Position numbers and translations under genes: made by a program. Positions 1-13,168 of a stretch of DNA of 64,000 nucleotides are shown piece by piece; the stretch's first letter is position 1; every line of letters begins with the position of its first letter. A model generated the notes under the pieces. It had not been told where the DNA came from. It did not search any database and worked only from the letters and a program-made list of their open reading frames with translations. The stretch is from Octopus sinensis (lineage: Eukaryota), in assembly GCF_006345805.1 (NCBI RefSeq), contig NC_043012.1:58590001-58654000 (forward strand), written 5' to 3'.

Positions 1-235
1 GTTTGTAAACGTTTTTGATTTTATTCATTGAATTTATCCACTTTTTGTGATCTAGTACTTGCTTCTTCTTTTTAAGGCCTTTTAACGTACTTATATATGA
101 ATAACATATAGCCTAATGGCCAACATGTCTTTTGTGCTAGATCACCGGTAATAATAATTTATTTTATTACCTTTTTACTATGTTTATATATATATATATG
201 TATGTATGTGTGTGCGTGTGAGTGTGTGTGTGTGT

Positions 236-264
<29 letters not shown>

Positions 265-267
<3 letters not shown>

Positions 268-436
268 TTCTCACCCGCACTATTGCATGACAACTGGGAA
301 AAGTTCGGGAAAGGGACCGATAGAATAAGTACTAGGCTTACAAAGAATAAGCCCTGGGATCCATTTGTTCGAATAAAGTCGGTGCTCCAGCATGGCCGCA
401 GTCAGATGACTGAAACAAATAAAAGAATAAAAGGAT
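265..436 (+). mobile_element. SINE family A, 3' half, downstream of a (TG)n tract
   Basis: Matches the 3' half of the full copy at 10276-10686 (gaccgatagaataagtactaggcttacaaagaataag...gtgctccagcatggccgcagtc...gactgaaacaaataaaagaataaaag). Confidence 0.85.
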
Positions 437-625
437 ATATATATATATATTGATGGATCTTGCTTCAAGGTACAGTTCTGAGGAAGAACAAAAAACAAAA
501 ATATCAAATACCGAGCAAAGTGCTGGGGACAAAACCACACGGATGTGTCAAAGAAACGGCAATGAGCAATGCAGTTTATTTGAAATAATATAAATTCCGT
601 GGAGTAGATGGGGGGACAGTTATGT

Positions 626-706
626 AAGAAGAAGAATCGGAAGAAGGAGGAAGAAGAAGAAGAAGAAGAAGAAGAAGAAGAAGAAGAAGAAGAAGAAGAA
701 GAAGAA
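626..706 (+). repeat. (GAA)n microsatellite
   Basis: Near-perfect GAA run read directly. Confidence 0.97.
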
Positions 707-822
707 ATGACAAGACAGTTCAATAGTAGGCAAACAATATTGAATAATGTTGCTGAGTGAAGGCTAGCGTAAGACGATTGAGAATTTCTTTTGTATTCAG
801 TCCATAATGACCACAAGTGAAT

Positions 823-870
823 GCATATATATATATATATAATATATATATATATATATAATATAAATAC

Positions 871-946
<76 letters not shown>

Positions 947-990
947 ATATATATATATAATATTGTATTAGACATATACATTGTGTGCGT
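823..990. repeat. Imperfect (TA)n microsatellite
   Basis: TA dinucleotide run with single-base interruptions. Confidence 0.95.
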
Positions 991-1515
991 ATGTCTTTAT
1001 GAGCGTTTGCATATGTATTTTGCAATTCAGAATACACATACGTACACTTGTATGTGTATGTGTCTCTTTGTGTGTGTGTGTGTATGTATGTGTGCGCGCC
1101 CACATATGTATATATACGTTTCTGTTATGTACGTGTATTTACATACATATGTTTGACTTTGGAATAACGTCGACGCTCTGTTGCTAATATTTGATCGTTA
1201 TAAAAGGACCAGCTCGCTCTGGGAGCTAAAATATTTATGGGTAATTGCGCATAAATGTTGTATGATAGCTAATAAGTTAAACATACGAGAAGTGTCATTT
1301 CAAGCAAACAATTTGAAGATAATTCCTTAACCGTGTATAATATGAGGTGCTATACTGACTGAATCATTGTGGATTCACACATAAATAGACGTCTATATAA
1401 ATAGCATGTTGTACAATCTCCAAGCCGCTATAATCACCAACGTATCAATGAATACGTAAACATACATACAGTAAACAAATAGCCTCAGATTATAGGTCTA
1501 TGTATCAACACTGGT

Positions 1516-1565
1516 GTGTATATATATATATATATATATATGGTGTGTGTGCGGTGTGTGTACAG

Positions 1566-1644
<79 letters not shown>

Positions 1645-1892
1645 ATCTGTATATATACACATATAGAAATATATAGAATGATATATATATATATATATTT
1701 TATATATATATGTATATAATAATTATGTGATGTATGCTTACTTATATATATATATATGTATATGTATATATATATGTGTGTATATGTATATACAATAGAG
1801 TGTTTGTGTATCTATATGTATATAGATATGTATATATATGTATATATGTATATATATTCTTATATAAGTATATATGTATATATATGCATATT

Positions 1893-1923
<31 letters not shown>

Positions 1924-2035
1924 ATACATAATTATTTATTTATATGTATGTATATGCAAGTATGCATGCATGCATGTATGTTTGTATATAAATATATATG
2001 TGTGTATGTACATATGCATGTATATACATCTCATA
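1516..2035. repeat. Compound (TA)n/(TG)n/(TATG)n low-complexity block
   Basis: Read directly; source of several YI/IY pseudo-ORFs. Confidence 0.95.
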
Positions 2036-2718
2036 TATTCTCGAGCGAATAAAATTAGCTATTTGCTTGAGCTTTCGGGATCTGAAATAATGATAAGGGA
2101 TTAGGGCTCTGGACAATTTTTGTGAAAAATCTGCTATACATTCCTTCAATTATTCCGGCAAAATGGTGAACGAATATACTTAGAAAGTGATACCTTCACT
2201 GTTACTATAGATACGAGGAGATATCTGCTACCTGCCCTAACGTATCAAAATTCATACTAAAAATTGCAGCTTGTACATATGCCTCTGAAATGTATCCAGT
2301 TTATCATTGCATTTCTATGAATTAGGTGTGTCTACGCATGTATTTTTGCTTTTATTTTATGGCTTGCTTGAGTAATTATACTTCCGAGTTGGTGCTGGGT
2401 TTTAAAGCTTGCTAAGTTCATTTTGTCCTTTTCCTTTTATTTGTTGCAGTCATTGGACTGTGAACGCGCTGGGACACCAACTTGTAATGTTTATTCGAAC
2501 AAATTAACCCCACTATATATTTTTGCGAGTTTGATACTAAATTTATCGGTGTATTTTACTGAAATGTTAAGTTTCGGAAGCGTAAACAAACCAACAGCAG
2601 TTGGCAAGCTGTTAAGGCAGGGGGAAAAATACAGACACATCAGCAAAGATACATATATGCACATAAGATGCGCACACACACATACACACACACACAACAC
2701 CACACACACATTATATAC

Positions 2719-2800
<82 letters not shown>

Positions 2801-2991
2801 GTATGGTGTGTTGTAGTAGGCTTCGATACAATTTCCGACTGCTCATTTTACTCACAAAACATTTGTATATATAGCAGAACACCTCTTCACATTGTGCCAT
2901 GCAGTGGGATAGAAACCGGAGCTACGCGGTTGTAAAGCGAGCGTCTTCACTACACACCCATATATTATTCTAAGCTTTACATTACCTTTGG

Positions 2992-3209
2992 AAGGTAGTG
3001 AGATGGCAGAATCGTTAGCACGCTGGACAAAATGTTTAGAGGTATTTCGCCGGTCGCTACGTTCTGAGTTCAAATTCCCCCGAGGACGACGTTGCTTTTA
3101 TTCTTTCGGGACCGGTAAATTAAGTACCAGTTACGTACTGAGGTCGATCTAATCGACTGGACCCCTGCATTCAAATTTCAGGCCTTGTGCCCTATAGTAG
3201 AAAGGATTA
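2992..3209 (+). mobile_element. SINE family B (tail variant B2)
   Basis: tRNA-like head (tggcagaatcgttagcacg...gagttcaaattcc), body (taaattaagtaccagtt...gtcgatctaatcgactgg) and tail (ggccttgtgccctatagtagaaagga) shared with the copy at 20979-21191. Confidence 0.9.
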
Positions 3210-3465
3210 CATTGTCTTTGGAATACTTTCGTAAGAACTGGCTTCCTCTGATGAAAACTTGTGAATGCATGTGAGGCTCTGCAAGCAGGCACATTAAATA
3301 GTACATGTTTAATCTCGTGTTTTATGGTCAAACTTAATTAAAATTATTTCCCATGGAGATTCAAGACCATGTAACTAAAACGTTATTGTTTCTTTTTTCA
3401 GCTCCAATTCTTTAACATTTCTCGACCAGTTGGTGCTTTCGGTATTATTACATAAGACGTATGTA

Positions 3466-3704
3466 AAAAAAAAAAAAATAGCCAAGCTCATGAGCCCGGT
3501 TTCCCGGTTTTTATGGTGTATGTGTTCTCAGCTGGATGGGACGCCGTCCATCGCAGCTTTACTCATTTTTGCCAGATGAGTGGACTGGAGCAACGTGAAA
3601 TGAAGTGTTTTGCTCAATAACACAACGCGTCGCCCAGTCCAGGAATGGAGACCACAATCTTACGATCATGGTGCTGACATCCTAACCACTAAGCTACGCG
3701 CTGT
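3466..3704 (-). mobile_element. SINE family D with 15-bp TSD
   Basis: Homologous to 36225-36490 and 61820-62081. Perfect TSD cataagacgtatgta at 3451-3465 and 3705-3719. Confidence 0.93.
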
Positions 3705-4431
3705 CATAAGACGTATGTACATACTAGAAAAATGCTTTCACTACTATCGTCATTATGAAACCGACTGATAAATGATGTTCTATAAAACACTTTCTTCATA
3801 TACAAAATTCTATTCGATGTAGTCAGTGTTCAGAAACGTGTTTCCTCTGGACGGCAGATAAGTACGTTTCACATATATTCCATACTGTGTACGGTTAGTA
3901 GACGAGAGATAAATAAGCTCAGCATAGAAAAACACTTAGTGTTCAAATGAATTTTAACTCAAATGTTGTCTACTTCATCCAGGGCAAGGCCTGCGGTATC
4001 AAAAGTGGTTATATATTTTTATATTTTGTGGGTTTTTTGTGCTGTGTAAATGTATGATTGAAGCCTAATTGTGCTTATCTTTATTACTATCCCTAAGTTT
4101 TATAATCCGTAGATTTCTTTCTTTCGAAGTTTTAAATCATTCTGTACATTAGTACTTTACAAGCGTTATATATAATAGAGTCCCTTTCTGGGGAGTATGT
4201 ACTTATAATGCAAATCTCAAGGAATATATTTGGTTTCAATGGTGTGTATTTTAAATACAATGGGTGTGCTGTATGCATGTATGAGCGAATATAGTTTTAT
4301 ATGTATCAGTATATGCATTTATGTAAGTATGTATATGTATGAGATCAAGTTTGCGAGTGTGTGCATGAGCGTACACACATATACACATGGACGCACGAAG
4401 ACACAAACACATACACTTATATGTATATTCA

Positions 4432-4473
<42 letters not shown>

Positions 4474-4475
<2 letters not shown>

Positions 4476-4778
4476 CACCATGATCATCGTGACCAACAAG
4501 GCTACCAGATGTTGCGAAACATCACTGGTCACAATGCGCTTCGCATTGTTTTAGCCTTCAAATGACGCCACCCGGCAGGCTAAGTAAGCAAGCCAACAGA
4601 AGAAGAGAAGTTGTGGTGAAAGAGTACAGGAGAGATCGCCACCACCCCGTGCCGGAGACTCGTGAAGTTTTAGATGTTTTTGCTCAATAAACACTCACAA
4701 CGCCCAGTCTGGGAATCGAAACTGCGATCCTACAACCGCGAGTCCGCTGCCCTAACCACTGGGTCATTGCGCCTCCAC
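4474..4778 (-). mobile_element. SINE family C, tail variant C2
   Basis: Reverse complement has A-box (tgacccagtgg) and B-box-like (gtttcgattccc) head plus the C body. Tail is shared with 46875-47149 and 48137-48258 and abuts (TA)n. Confidence 0.9.
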
Positions 4779-5329
4779 ACACACACACACACACACACAC
4801 AACACACACATATGCATATATATGAATTAAACAAACGATGTGCATTGCACTACATGGATGTATCAAGGGTTGAACAGAGAGAATACAAGGAGAGAAGTTA
4901 GACGAAAGCAGAGTAAACGGAAAAATAGACGAAAACTAAATGGACGGAAAATTAGACAACGACAAGATACACAGAGTATTCGCAACTGAGTTCTCCTCTT
5001 CAGTAAAACACGTAAAATATAATAGTTTCTCGCCAATTAACTTTGATACTGTTCAATTTTGCAGGCGCTGGTACTCTTACTAAGCTACTGGAAAAAAGCT
5101 AGTGAATCTGTGCTAAGACAGAAACAAACAATACGTTATATATAAATACAACAGACAACGAATTATGCATATATAACAGTACGAAGCCTTGCGGCTATAA
5201 ACGGAGAAGTGAAAATATGTAGTAATGATTATACATATATAAGTACAACAGAATGAGCTTTGCAGGTGTCTAGCAAACTAGGTGGGGTTTCGCAAAGAGA
5301 AAATAGAGTAAGTCCTAGAGGATACAACG

Positions 5330-5380
5330 GACGTAATAAGTATATGCATATATATTGTTTACATACATACATACATTCAT

Positions 5381-5428
<48 letters not shown>

Positions 5429-5488
5429 TATACATATATATACATATATGTATATATATATAGATATATATATACACATGTATGTATA

Positions 5489-5544
<56 letters not shown>

Positions 5545-5930
5545 CCACACATATATGTATATATATATATATACATATATGTATATATATATATATATAT
5601 ATATACATATATACACATATATGTATATATATATATATATACATATAGGTATATATATATATACATATATATACATATATATACATATATATATGTATAT
5701 ACATATATATAACATATATATACATCTACATATATATATATATATGCATATTATATATACATATATATAGATATGTATATATACACATATACATATACAT
5801 GTCTATACATATATATACATATATATATACATATATATACATATATATATACATATAATATATATATATACATATATATATACATATATATATAGATATA
5901 TATTACATATATATATATATATGCGTTTCA
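5330..5930. repeat. Long compound (TA)n/(TACA)n/(CA)n microsatellite
   Basis: Read directly. Confidence 0.95.
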
Positions 5931-6056
5931 ATTTATATACACATACATTTATATACATATGTAGATGTTAATATAATTTATACGTACATGTGTGCTTAAA
6001 TCTATGTGTAAGTGTATAGATATATAAATGTACCATCATACATATGTTCACATATA

Positions 6057-6160
6057 TATGTATGCATGTATCAATGTATGTATGTATGTATTTATGTGTG
6101 TATGTATGTATGTATGTATGTATGTATGTATGTATGTATGTATGTATGTATGTATGTATG
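6057..6160 (+). repeat. (TATG)n microsatellite
   Basis: Read directly. Confidence 0.95.
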
Positions 6161-7282
6161 CACGCATGTGTCTATTGATTACTGTAGGTATTAATAATTC
6201 TTCCAGCTCAAGCCGTTCAACAATATTTTTAATTTCACAGTTTGCAAGGATTGATAATAGAATTTAAAACATTGAATAGGAGAAATCCGGACTTCTTTTT
6301 CCCTTATTTCCTCTTAGGATGCGAAACTTAGCGATTCTAATTCATTACTAATTCTTCTGTAATTAAGAAACGATACGCTGGTTGATTTATGTAGGCGCCA
6401 ACGCTTTTATTAGAAACCTTTTCATCAATATAAGATAATGAAAATATAGACCGCTGAGGAGGATTCCGTTAACTCTTTTTCTCCCTTGCAATATGAAAAC
6501 AAAAGAAAAATCTCCTACACTACACCAATTGACAAAAAGAAAATAAAGCCGAAAGTTGGTCAAGTATTGTGGGATTCTATTTATCGCTCAGTATATAGTC
6601 TCCAAGAGAACAAGTAAGCGACACGACAGTGATTGAGAGAAATATATTGATGGCGAGAGCGAGTGGGAGAATGAGAGAGAGAGAGAGAAGGAGAAAGATG
6701 AGATAGAAAGAGAAAGAAATAAAATCACGAGAAAAATGTTTTATTTATCTTTCATTAATTAATCAAAGTTACATAAAAGGAAAGAGAATCGATAAAATTT
6801 TGAAGAGAACAAACATATAAATTCGGCATATTTGAATCGTTTCATTTCAATGTTAAAATATAAAGTTTTATCTTTGTGTATCGTTTGAAAAAAAGGAAAA
6901 ATATCTTCTTTTACTTAAATACACATCTTTCTCACTTCAAATCTAATCGGTTTTCTATTCATTTCCACTTAATAATTGTCCGCTTGCATAACCATATAAT
7001 TTATCGGATTTTGCTAATGATTTTCCAGAATTGCTACTGAAAAGCCTATGGATATGTCGTTAAGAAATCTGCTTTTGAAGCATATAGTTCTGAGTTCGAT
7101 TCTATGGTACGATATACTGGGCTCTAGTTAAACAATGTCTTCTGAGAGAAATTTGGTTGGCGGAAACTGTGCGGAAGACTACCTTATCTACATGCATATG
7201 GATAGATAGGTAAACATGTATTTGCAAGTATACCATCTCCTTTTTAAGATTTCGTTATTTCCTCCAAGTTCCTCTTCATATA

Positions 7283-7502
7283 ATACTGGTTTCAAATTTT
7301 GGCACAATGCCAGTAAGCTCGGGTGGTTGGGCAAGTCGATTGCAACGACCGCCAGTACTGAACTGGTACTTATTTTATCGACCCCGAAAGAATGAGAGGC
7401 AAAGTGTATCTTTAAGGAATTTCAATCCAGAACGTGAAATCGGGCAAAATGCCGCAAAACACTTCACACGGCGTGCTAAAGATTCTACCAGCTCGCCGCC
7501 TT
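7283..7502 (-). mobile_element. SINE family B, diverged copy
   Basis: ctggtacttattttatcgaccccgaaag...ggcgtgctaaagattctaccagctcgccgcc matches family B in reverse. Confidence 0.85.
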
Positions 7503-8099
7503 CATGACTGCATAATATTAAAAAGTGAGAAATATTTTGGAAAGATAATTTTCTCAAACTTCCGCTTCCGTGAAGGTGAATGTCTTGTGAGCCATTTCCC
7601 ATGAGAGAAGGATAATATAAGTTATATTTATATACGCTTATATTCATTTTTATAAGCATTCAGGAAAATTTCTTTCGAAATCCAAACAAAATGCTCGGGG
7701 CTAAAGAACTAAATGGAAAATCCTAGACAGATCCGAACGCCAACAAAATAGAAGAAAAATGTGTGACCTTTGCACAGTAGCGAAGAGTGGACCCCCCACC
7801 CACCTTCACAACGAACAAAAAAAAAAAACAGGTATTTAAAAGCAAAATCATAGATACTCAGAAAATGCAGGCAGTGTGTGTGTGAGTGTATATAGTGAAT
7901 TATTTTGTGGATTACATTGTCAAACGATGCAAATAACGGCTAGAAAAGAGAAACTTTTATATTCTTCAAACGAAGCCTCTTTTTATATATTTGTTCTATG
8001 CTTGAGTTACGAACACTTCTTTGTTATTCTCACCGTCACAAATGCAATTAACGAATCATTGATAAATTAATAATATGTAACCAACGGCCGACTCTCATA

Positions 8100-8213
8100 T
8101 GATAACTACTGCTACTATTACTACTGCTACTACTACTACTACCACCATCACCACCACCACCACCAGCACCACTACTACCACTACTACTACTACTACTACT
8201 GATTCTGCTGCTG

Positions 8214-8259
<46 letters not shown>

Positions 8260-8265
8260 GGTACT
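8100..8265 (+). repeat. (ACT)n/(ACC)n trinucleotide microsatellite
   Basis: Read directly; explains the poly-T/poly-L ORF at 8099. Confidence 0.95.
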
Positions 8266-8305
8266 ACTGTTCCTCTTTCATTTTCCTGGTGTTGCCCTTT
8301 GAACA

Positions 8306-8686
8306 GAGGCGCAATGGCCCAGTGGTTAGGGTAGCGGACTCGCGGTCGTAGGATCGCGGTTTCGATTCCCAGACCGGGCGTTGTGAGTGTTTATTGAGCG
8401 AAAACACTTAAAGCTCCATGAGGATCCGGCAGGGATGGTGGTGATCCCTGCTGTACTCTTTCACCACAACTTTCTCTCACTCTTTCTTCCTGTTTCTGTT
8501 GTACCTGTATTTCAAAGGGTCGGCCTTGTCACTCTCTGTGTCACGCTGAATATCCCCGAGAACTACGTTAAGGGTACACGTGTCTGTGGAGTGCTCAGCC
8601 ACTTACACGTTAATTTCACGAGCAGGCTGTTCCGTTGATCGGATCAACCGGAACCCTCGTCGTCGTAACCGACGGAGTGCTTCCAT
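8306..8686 (+). mobile_element. SINE family C, tail variant C1, with 10-bp TSD
   Basis: A-box tggcccagtgg, B-box-like ggtttcgattccc, C body and a unique ~190-bp tail. TSD cctttgaaca at 8296-8305 and 8687-8696. Confidence 0.93.
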
Positions 8687-10275
8687 CCTTTGAACAACAT
8701 CTGTTGTCCCCCAGCCAGTGCTGATCTTGGTGTGACTGGTCAAACGATAAACTGGAACCCTTGCAGAAGACGCTAACCAGACATGTAAAAGAGTGGTTAC
8801 ACCAAATCAGATTTAAAAAATTTTATATGACTTATTCAATGTTCCCAAACGCTAGATGTACGAAATAATATTAAAAGTGCTATATACTAGAATCGGTAGA
8901 GCATGACAATATAACATAGTGAATGAGAAACATTTCAATTTAAATTATTTCATTTCACCTCACATGTTTTACTAGTGTCACATTTTAAGTTTTTTCCACC
9001 CAGAACTGCTCATTATCATTATCAAAACATTTTCGGGTTCCTGGCAATTTATAAACTCCCCAAACCAGTTTTTAACAGTTTATTTTGACGTCTGCTTTCA
9101 TTTTAAGCATCTTGTAAGCCATACCTATCATTTTCACTTCTTTTTCTGCTGATCTCAACTAAGGCAGCCTCGAGTAGGGTGCCTTCATTTGTTCCTCTCG
9201 GTTTCAATCCGTAATCCGTTCTGCACTGCGTTGCCGAGTCAGCGTAGGTGAGTGCAAATATCCTCAGATATCACAAAGAATTCAGGAACGAGTACTTTGG
9301 AAACAACCTTAACCTTATGATTGCGCAGATAGTCATAACGCACTCGATTCTTAAAGGTAGAAGGACTTTGCGACACCAACCGTTTCCTCAAACAAAGTTA
9401 ATGAATCTAACAAAACCTTACGACTTTTATTTTATATGCTCAGCAAACAAATTATTACCTGATGCGTGCTGACGTCTACCGACCGATACTGAGTGGTCCT
9501 GTGCACGGGGAACAACGAAAATTGGAAGAATGAGAATGTATACCAACGGTCTGATTTGCGCTGTTTATTGTGCATATACGTTTTAATAACCTGAACATTA
9601 GACATCCAGAAATTGTGGAAAGACTTCTGGATGAAAGCCCAGCAGAACTTCACTGGCAAATAACATTACATAAAATTTGTATAAAACCGCGTACCGTTTT
9701 TGGGGAATATCTCATTTCGGACTATCCTGAGGTTTATCTTTTCTTAAGTGCTCAATTAAATATTTGACGAGTTCGGAGCTATTAGAAATGAAATAGTATT
9801 GTAAAATAAAAGTTATTTTATACAAAAGAAATACCTGTATTAATACGGGTTTATGCAATGTTTCGAAAAGTTGTTTCTTGTCACCAGAGATAGATCACTA
9901 GAAGAAGATTATATCAACCAATCTGTTTTTTATGGCAGAAGCTTGCTATCAGAGCTTGAACAGCGTTCAACTGAATGAAAATGGGAAAACGTGTCTTGGG
10001 GTCTAATTGTTCGCCATTGTCAGAAAAGGGTGAGCAGTATTTGTGATGATGGTAGCATTACTGCAAATAGACTAATCTCACGTTGGGGGTGGGAGGTCAG
10101 TTACTTCTTGAATTCTCAGTGGTCTGTTCGGTTATCACCCGGTACCACCACAGATGATTAGATCCCTCCGAGTGTGTTCCGTTCTTGTAACAACTCCTCC
10201 GAAAAACCGCGAAGTATATTATTTAACAGTTCTTTCGGATGAAGATGACCTCAGTTACTTAAAAAGTTTGTGAAT

Positions 10276-10686
10276 AGGCGCAGGAGTGGCTGAGTGTTAA
10301 GTAGCTTGCTTACCAACCACATGGTTCCGGGTTCAGTCCCACTGCGTGGCACCTTGGGCAAGTGTCTTCTACTATAGTCTCAGGCCGACCAAAGCCTTGT
10401 GAGTGGATTCGGGAAACGGAAACTGAAAGAAGCCCGTCTTATGTATGTATATATATATATGTATGTGTGTATATGTTTGTGTGTCTGTGTTTGTCGCCCC
10501 CCCAACATCGCTTGAGAACCGATGCTGGTGTGTTTACGTCCCCGTAACCTGGCGGTTCGGCAAAAGAGACCGATAGAATAAGGACTATAAGTCCTGGGAT
10601 CGATTTTCTCGACTAAAAGTGGTGCTCCAGCATGGCCGCAGTCAAATGACTGAAACAAGTAAAAGAGTAAAAGAGTAAAGAGTAAT
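10276..10686 (+). mobile_element. SINE family A, full length
   Basis: tRNA-like head (tggctgagtg...gggttcagtccc), ccttgggcaagtgtcttc body, internal TA/TG microsatellite at about 10443-10490 and (gtaaaaga)n tail. Confidence 0.93.
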
Positions 10687-11315
10687 ACAAGCAGAAGAAA
10701 GTGGTAACTTACATAATTATTCTTCCTCAACTAGGTATTGATAGTTCTATATATTTTTAGAGGCTTGTAGTGTTCGAAGTTATAGAAATTTGGTAAGTAT
10801 TGAAAGTGACTATATGTTAATGTTAAAAGCGAATTGCAAAATTCGCTTATCATAAATATCAGTTATGAATATCAGCAGGCAGCTGCGCATGTTCGATTCG
10901 CTAGGACAACCAGCCGAGATGTAGGCTTGTGATGTTTCCTGACTAGCGTTCTTTGATGTACGAAACCAAGATATACTTTGTCACTCGCTCAGAATATTAT
11001 ATCTTTAAGAAAATAGTGACGTAGGCGTTATATCACGTAACATGGCAAGTACGATATCTTAACTTTATCGAAGATACATCAACATCGAAGAGAATAAAAC
11101 ATTAGGAGACAACTCAAAATCAAACAAACATTTTCTTTTTAATGATTTGATATGCTAAAATCGAAAGTATTTAGAAAGTGGTAGCATAAGTGATGGTTGT
11201 AAGAAAAGTCAACGCTGTAAAAGTACTACACTGACTCATATATTGGCTCATTTGAGATATTTCTACGATAAGCTAACATTCACCTCACGGGTATGTCATT
11301 CCTCTCCCTCTCTCC

Positions 11316-11346
<31 letters not shown>

Positions 11347-11374
11347 ACTCTCGTTCCTTTAGCTTATCTGTTAT

Positions 11375-11560
11375 CTTTTATCTTGTACACTTTTACATGG
11401 TTCATCGGTGTCCCATGCTGGGGCACTGATTGAAGGGTTAAAGTCGAACGAATCGGCCCCAGTATTCATTTATTTTTTTTTAATCCGGGTACTTATCCTG
11501 TCAGTCTCTTTTGCTGAGCCGCTAAATTAAGGTACGTAAACACACCAGCATCGTAGTTAA
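11375..11560 (-). mobile_element. SINE family A, diverged 3' half
   Basis: catgctggggcac...tctcttttgctgagccgctaa...gtaaacacaccagcatcg is the reverse complement of the family A 3' half. Confidence 0.7.
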
Positions 11561-11759
11561 GGGTGCTGTTGAGTGGCGTCTCTGATTGTAGGGGGTTGAT
11601 CTCTCATCGGGCAGTAAAGCAGATCTGTCAGTGTCCATCCACCTATGTAGATGACAAAACACACAGAGAAGAGCACGAGCTTTTTTGAACCCGATGCTGC
11701 GTGTCTGTGTCAGATGTTACAAGACCAGAACATATAGATATGCGCGTGCGAGCGTGTGT

Positions 11760-11790
<31 letters not shown>

Positions 11791-11822
11791 GTGTGTGTGT
11801 GTGTGTGTGTGTGAGTGTTTAT

Positions 11823-11965
11823 TAAGGCAGTGAGCTGGTAGAATTGTTAGCACACCTGGCAAAAGTGCTTCGTGCCATTTCGTCTGTCGTCACGTTCTGG
11901 GTTCAAATTCCGTTGAGGTGGAATTTGCTTTTCATCAGTTCAGGATCGGTAAAATAAGTACCACT
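11823..11965 (+). mobile_element. SINE family B, 5' part
   Basis: aggcagtgagctggtagaattgttagcac...gggttcaaattcc...taaaataagtacca. Confidence 0.8.
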
Positions 11966-12738
11966 TGACTACCAAGAATATATTAAAGTATAAACTTTTT
12001 CATGAAAAAATAAAAACACACAGACCATGAAGTGGCTCTATTTGATACTCATAGGTATTAATTTTTTTTTCTTTTGCAAGATAATTATCGGCTTAATCTT
12101 AGCGGTCACCCTCAAGCAAGTATAACCAGGTGCCTGAGTATTTCAACGTAGACATAGACACCAAAAGAAATACTCTCCCACCCTTAATCCAATGGGATAT
12201 CGAGGATGTGAAAAGTGGTGAGATAGAAAGCTCTACAAGCACTGAGCTTGTACTCATTGACAGCTGAGCGAAGTACAGCAGTTTGAAATTAAGTTCCTTG
12301 TAAAAGGTCACATGGCACTACTTTATCCAGAAATCGAAACCTCGGCCTACGATTGTGAGCCCAGAACTCTCACTACAAGACTAAACACCTTCATTTGTTA
12401 CTTAAAAGAAGCAATATATCCGTAAGTGGGAGTGAGAACCAGGTTGGAATCTCCTTGTGTCGGAAACGTTTCTCCGTGCTACGAAAATAATATGTTTCTG
12501 AAGACTGAATTGCTGTTGGCTACAATTCTTTGACTGAAACAAGCAAAAGAATAAATGATATTACCATCTTGTCAACAATATACACAAAAGATTTGAGAGT
12601 GAGCGAAGAATGCAAAATCAACATCGGTATTTCACTGGCAGGTTGATTATAGACCCCGAAAAGATACCGCACACAGACATTTGATACAGGCGTGATTTGA
12701 ACCGGAAACACAAAGAACCAAAACTAATGCCGTATGGC

Positions 12739-13168
12739 TTTCTATCCTTATTTCTTTACTGCCCACAAGGGGCTGCACACAGAGGGGACAAACAAGGGTA
12801 GACAAACGGATTACGTCGATAACATCGACCCCAGTGCGAATCTGGTACTTAATTTATCGACCCCGTAAGGATGAAAGGCAAAGTCGACCTCGGCGGAATT
12901 TGAACCCAGAAGGTAACGGCAGACGAAATACCTATTTCTTTACTACCCACAAGGGGCTAAACACAGAGGAGATAAACAAGGACAGACAAACGGATTAAGT
13001 CGATTATATCGACCCCAGTGCGTAAATGGTACTTAATTTATCGACCCCGAAAGGATGAAAGGCAAAGTCGACCTCGGCGGAATTTGAACCCCAGAACGTA
13101 GCGGCAGATGAAATACCGCTAAGCATTTCGCCAGGCGTGCTAACGTTTCTGCCAGCTTGCCGCCTTAA
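12739..13168 (-). mobile_element. SINE family B head-to-tail dimer (two B1-tail units)
   Basis: Two ~190-bp near-identical units. The unit at 12931-13168 has the full head; the unit at 12739-12930 lacks the A-box head. Junction gacgaaatac|ctatttctttact at about 12931. Confidence 0.92.

Noticed and set aside
8306-8380. tRNA-like sequences at the heads of SINE families A-D
   Set aside because: A and B boxes are present, but there is no complete cloverleaf or acceptor stem, and each continues into a repeated SINE body with TSDs; not tRNA genes.
12739-13168. Regularly spaced direct repeats that might suggest a CRISPR-like array
   Set aside because: The units are ~190-bp SINE monomers without unique spacers; eukaryotic context and no cas genes.
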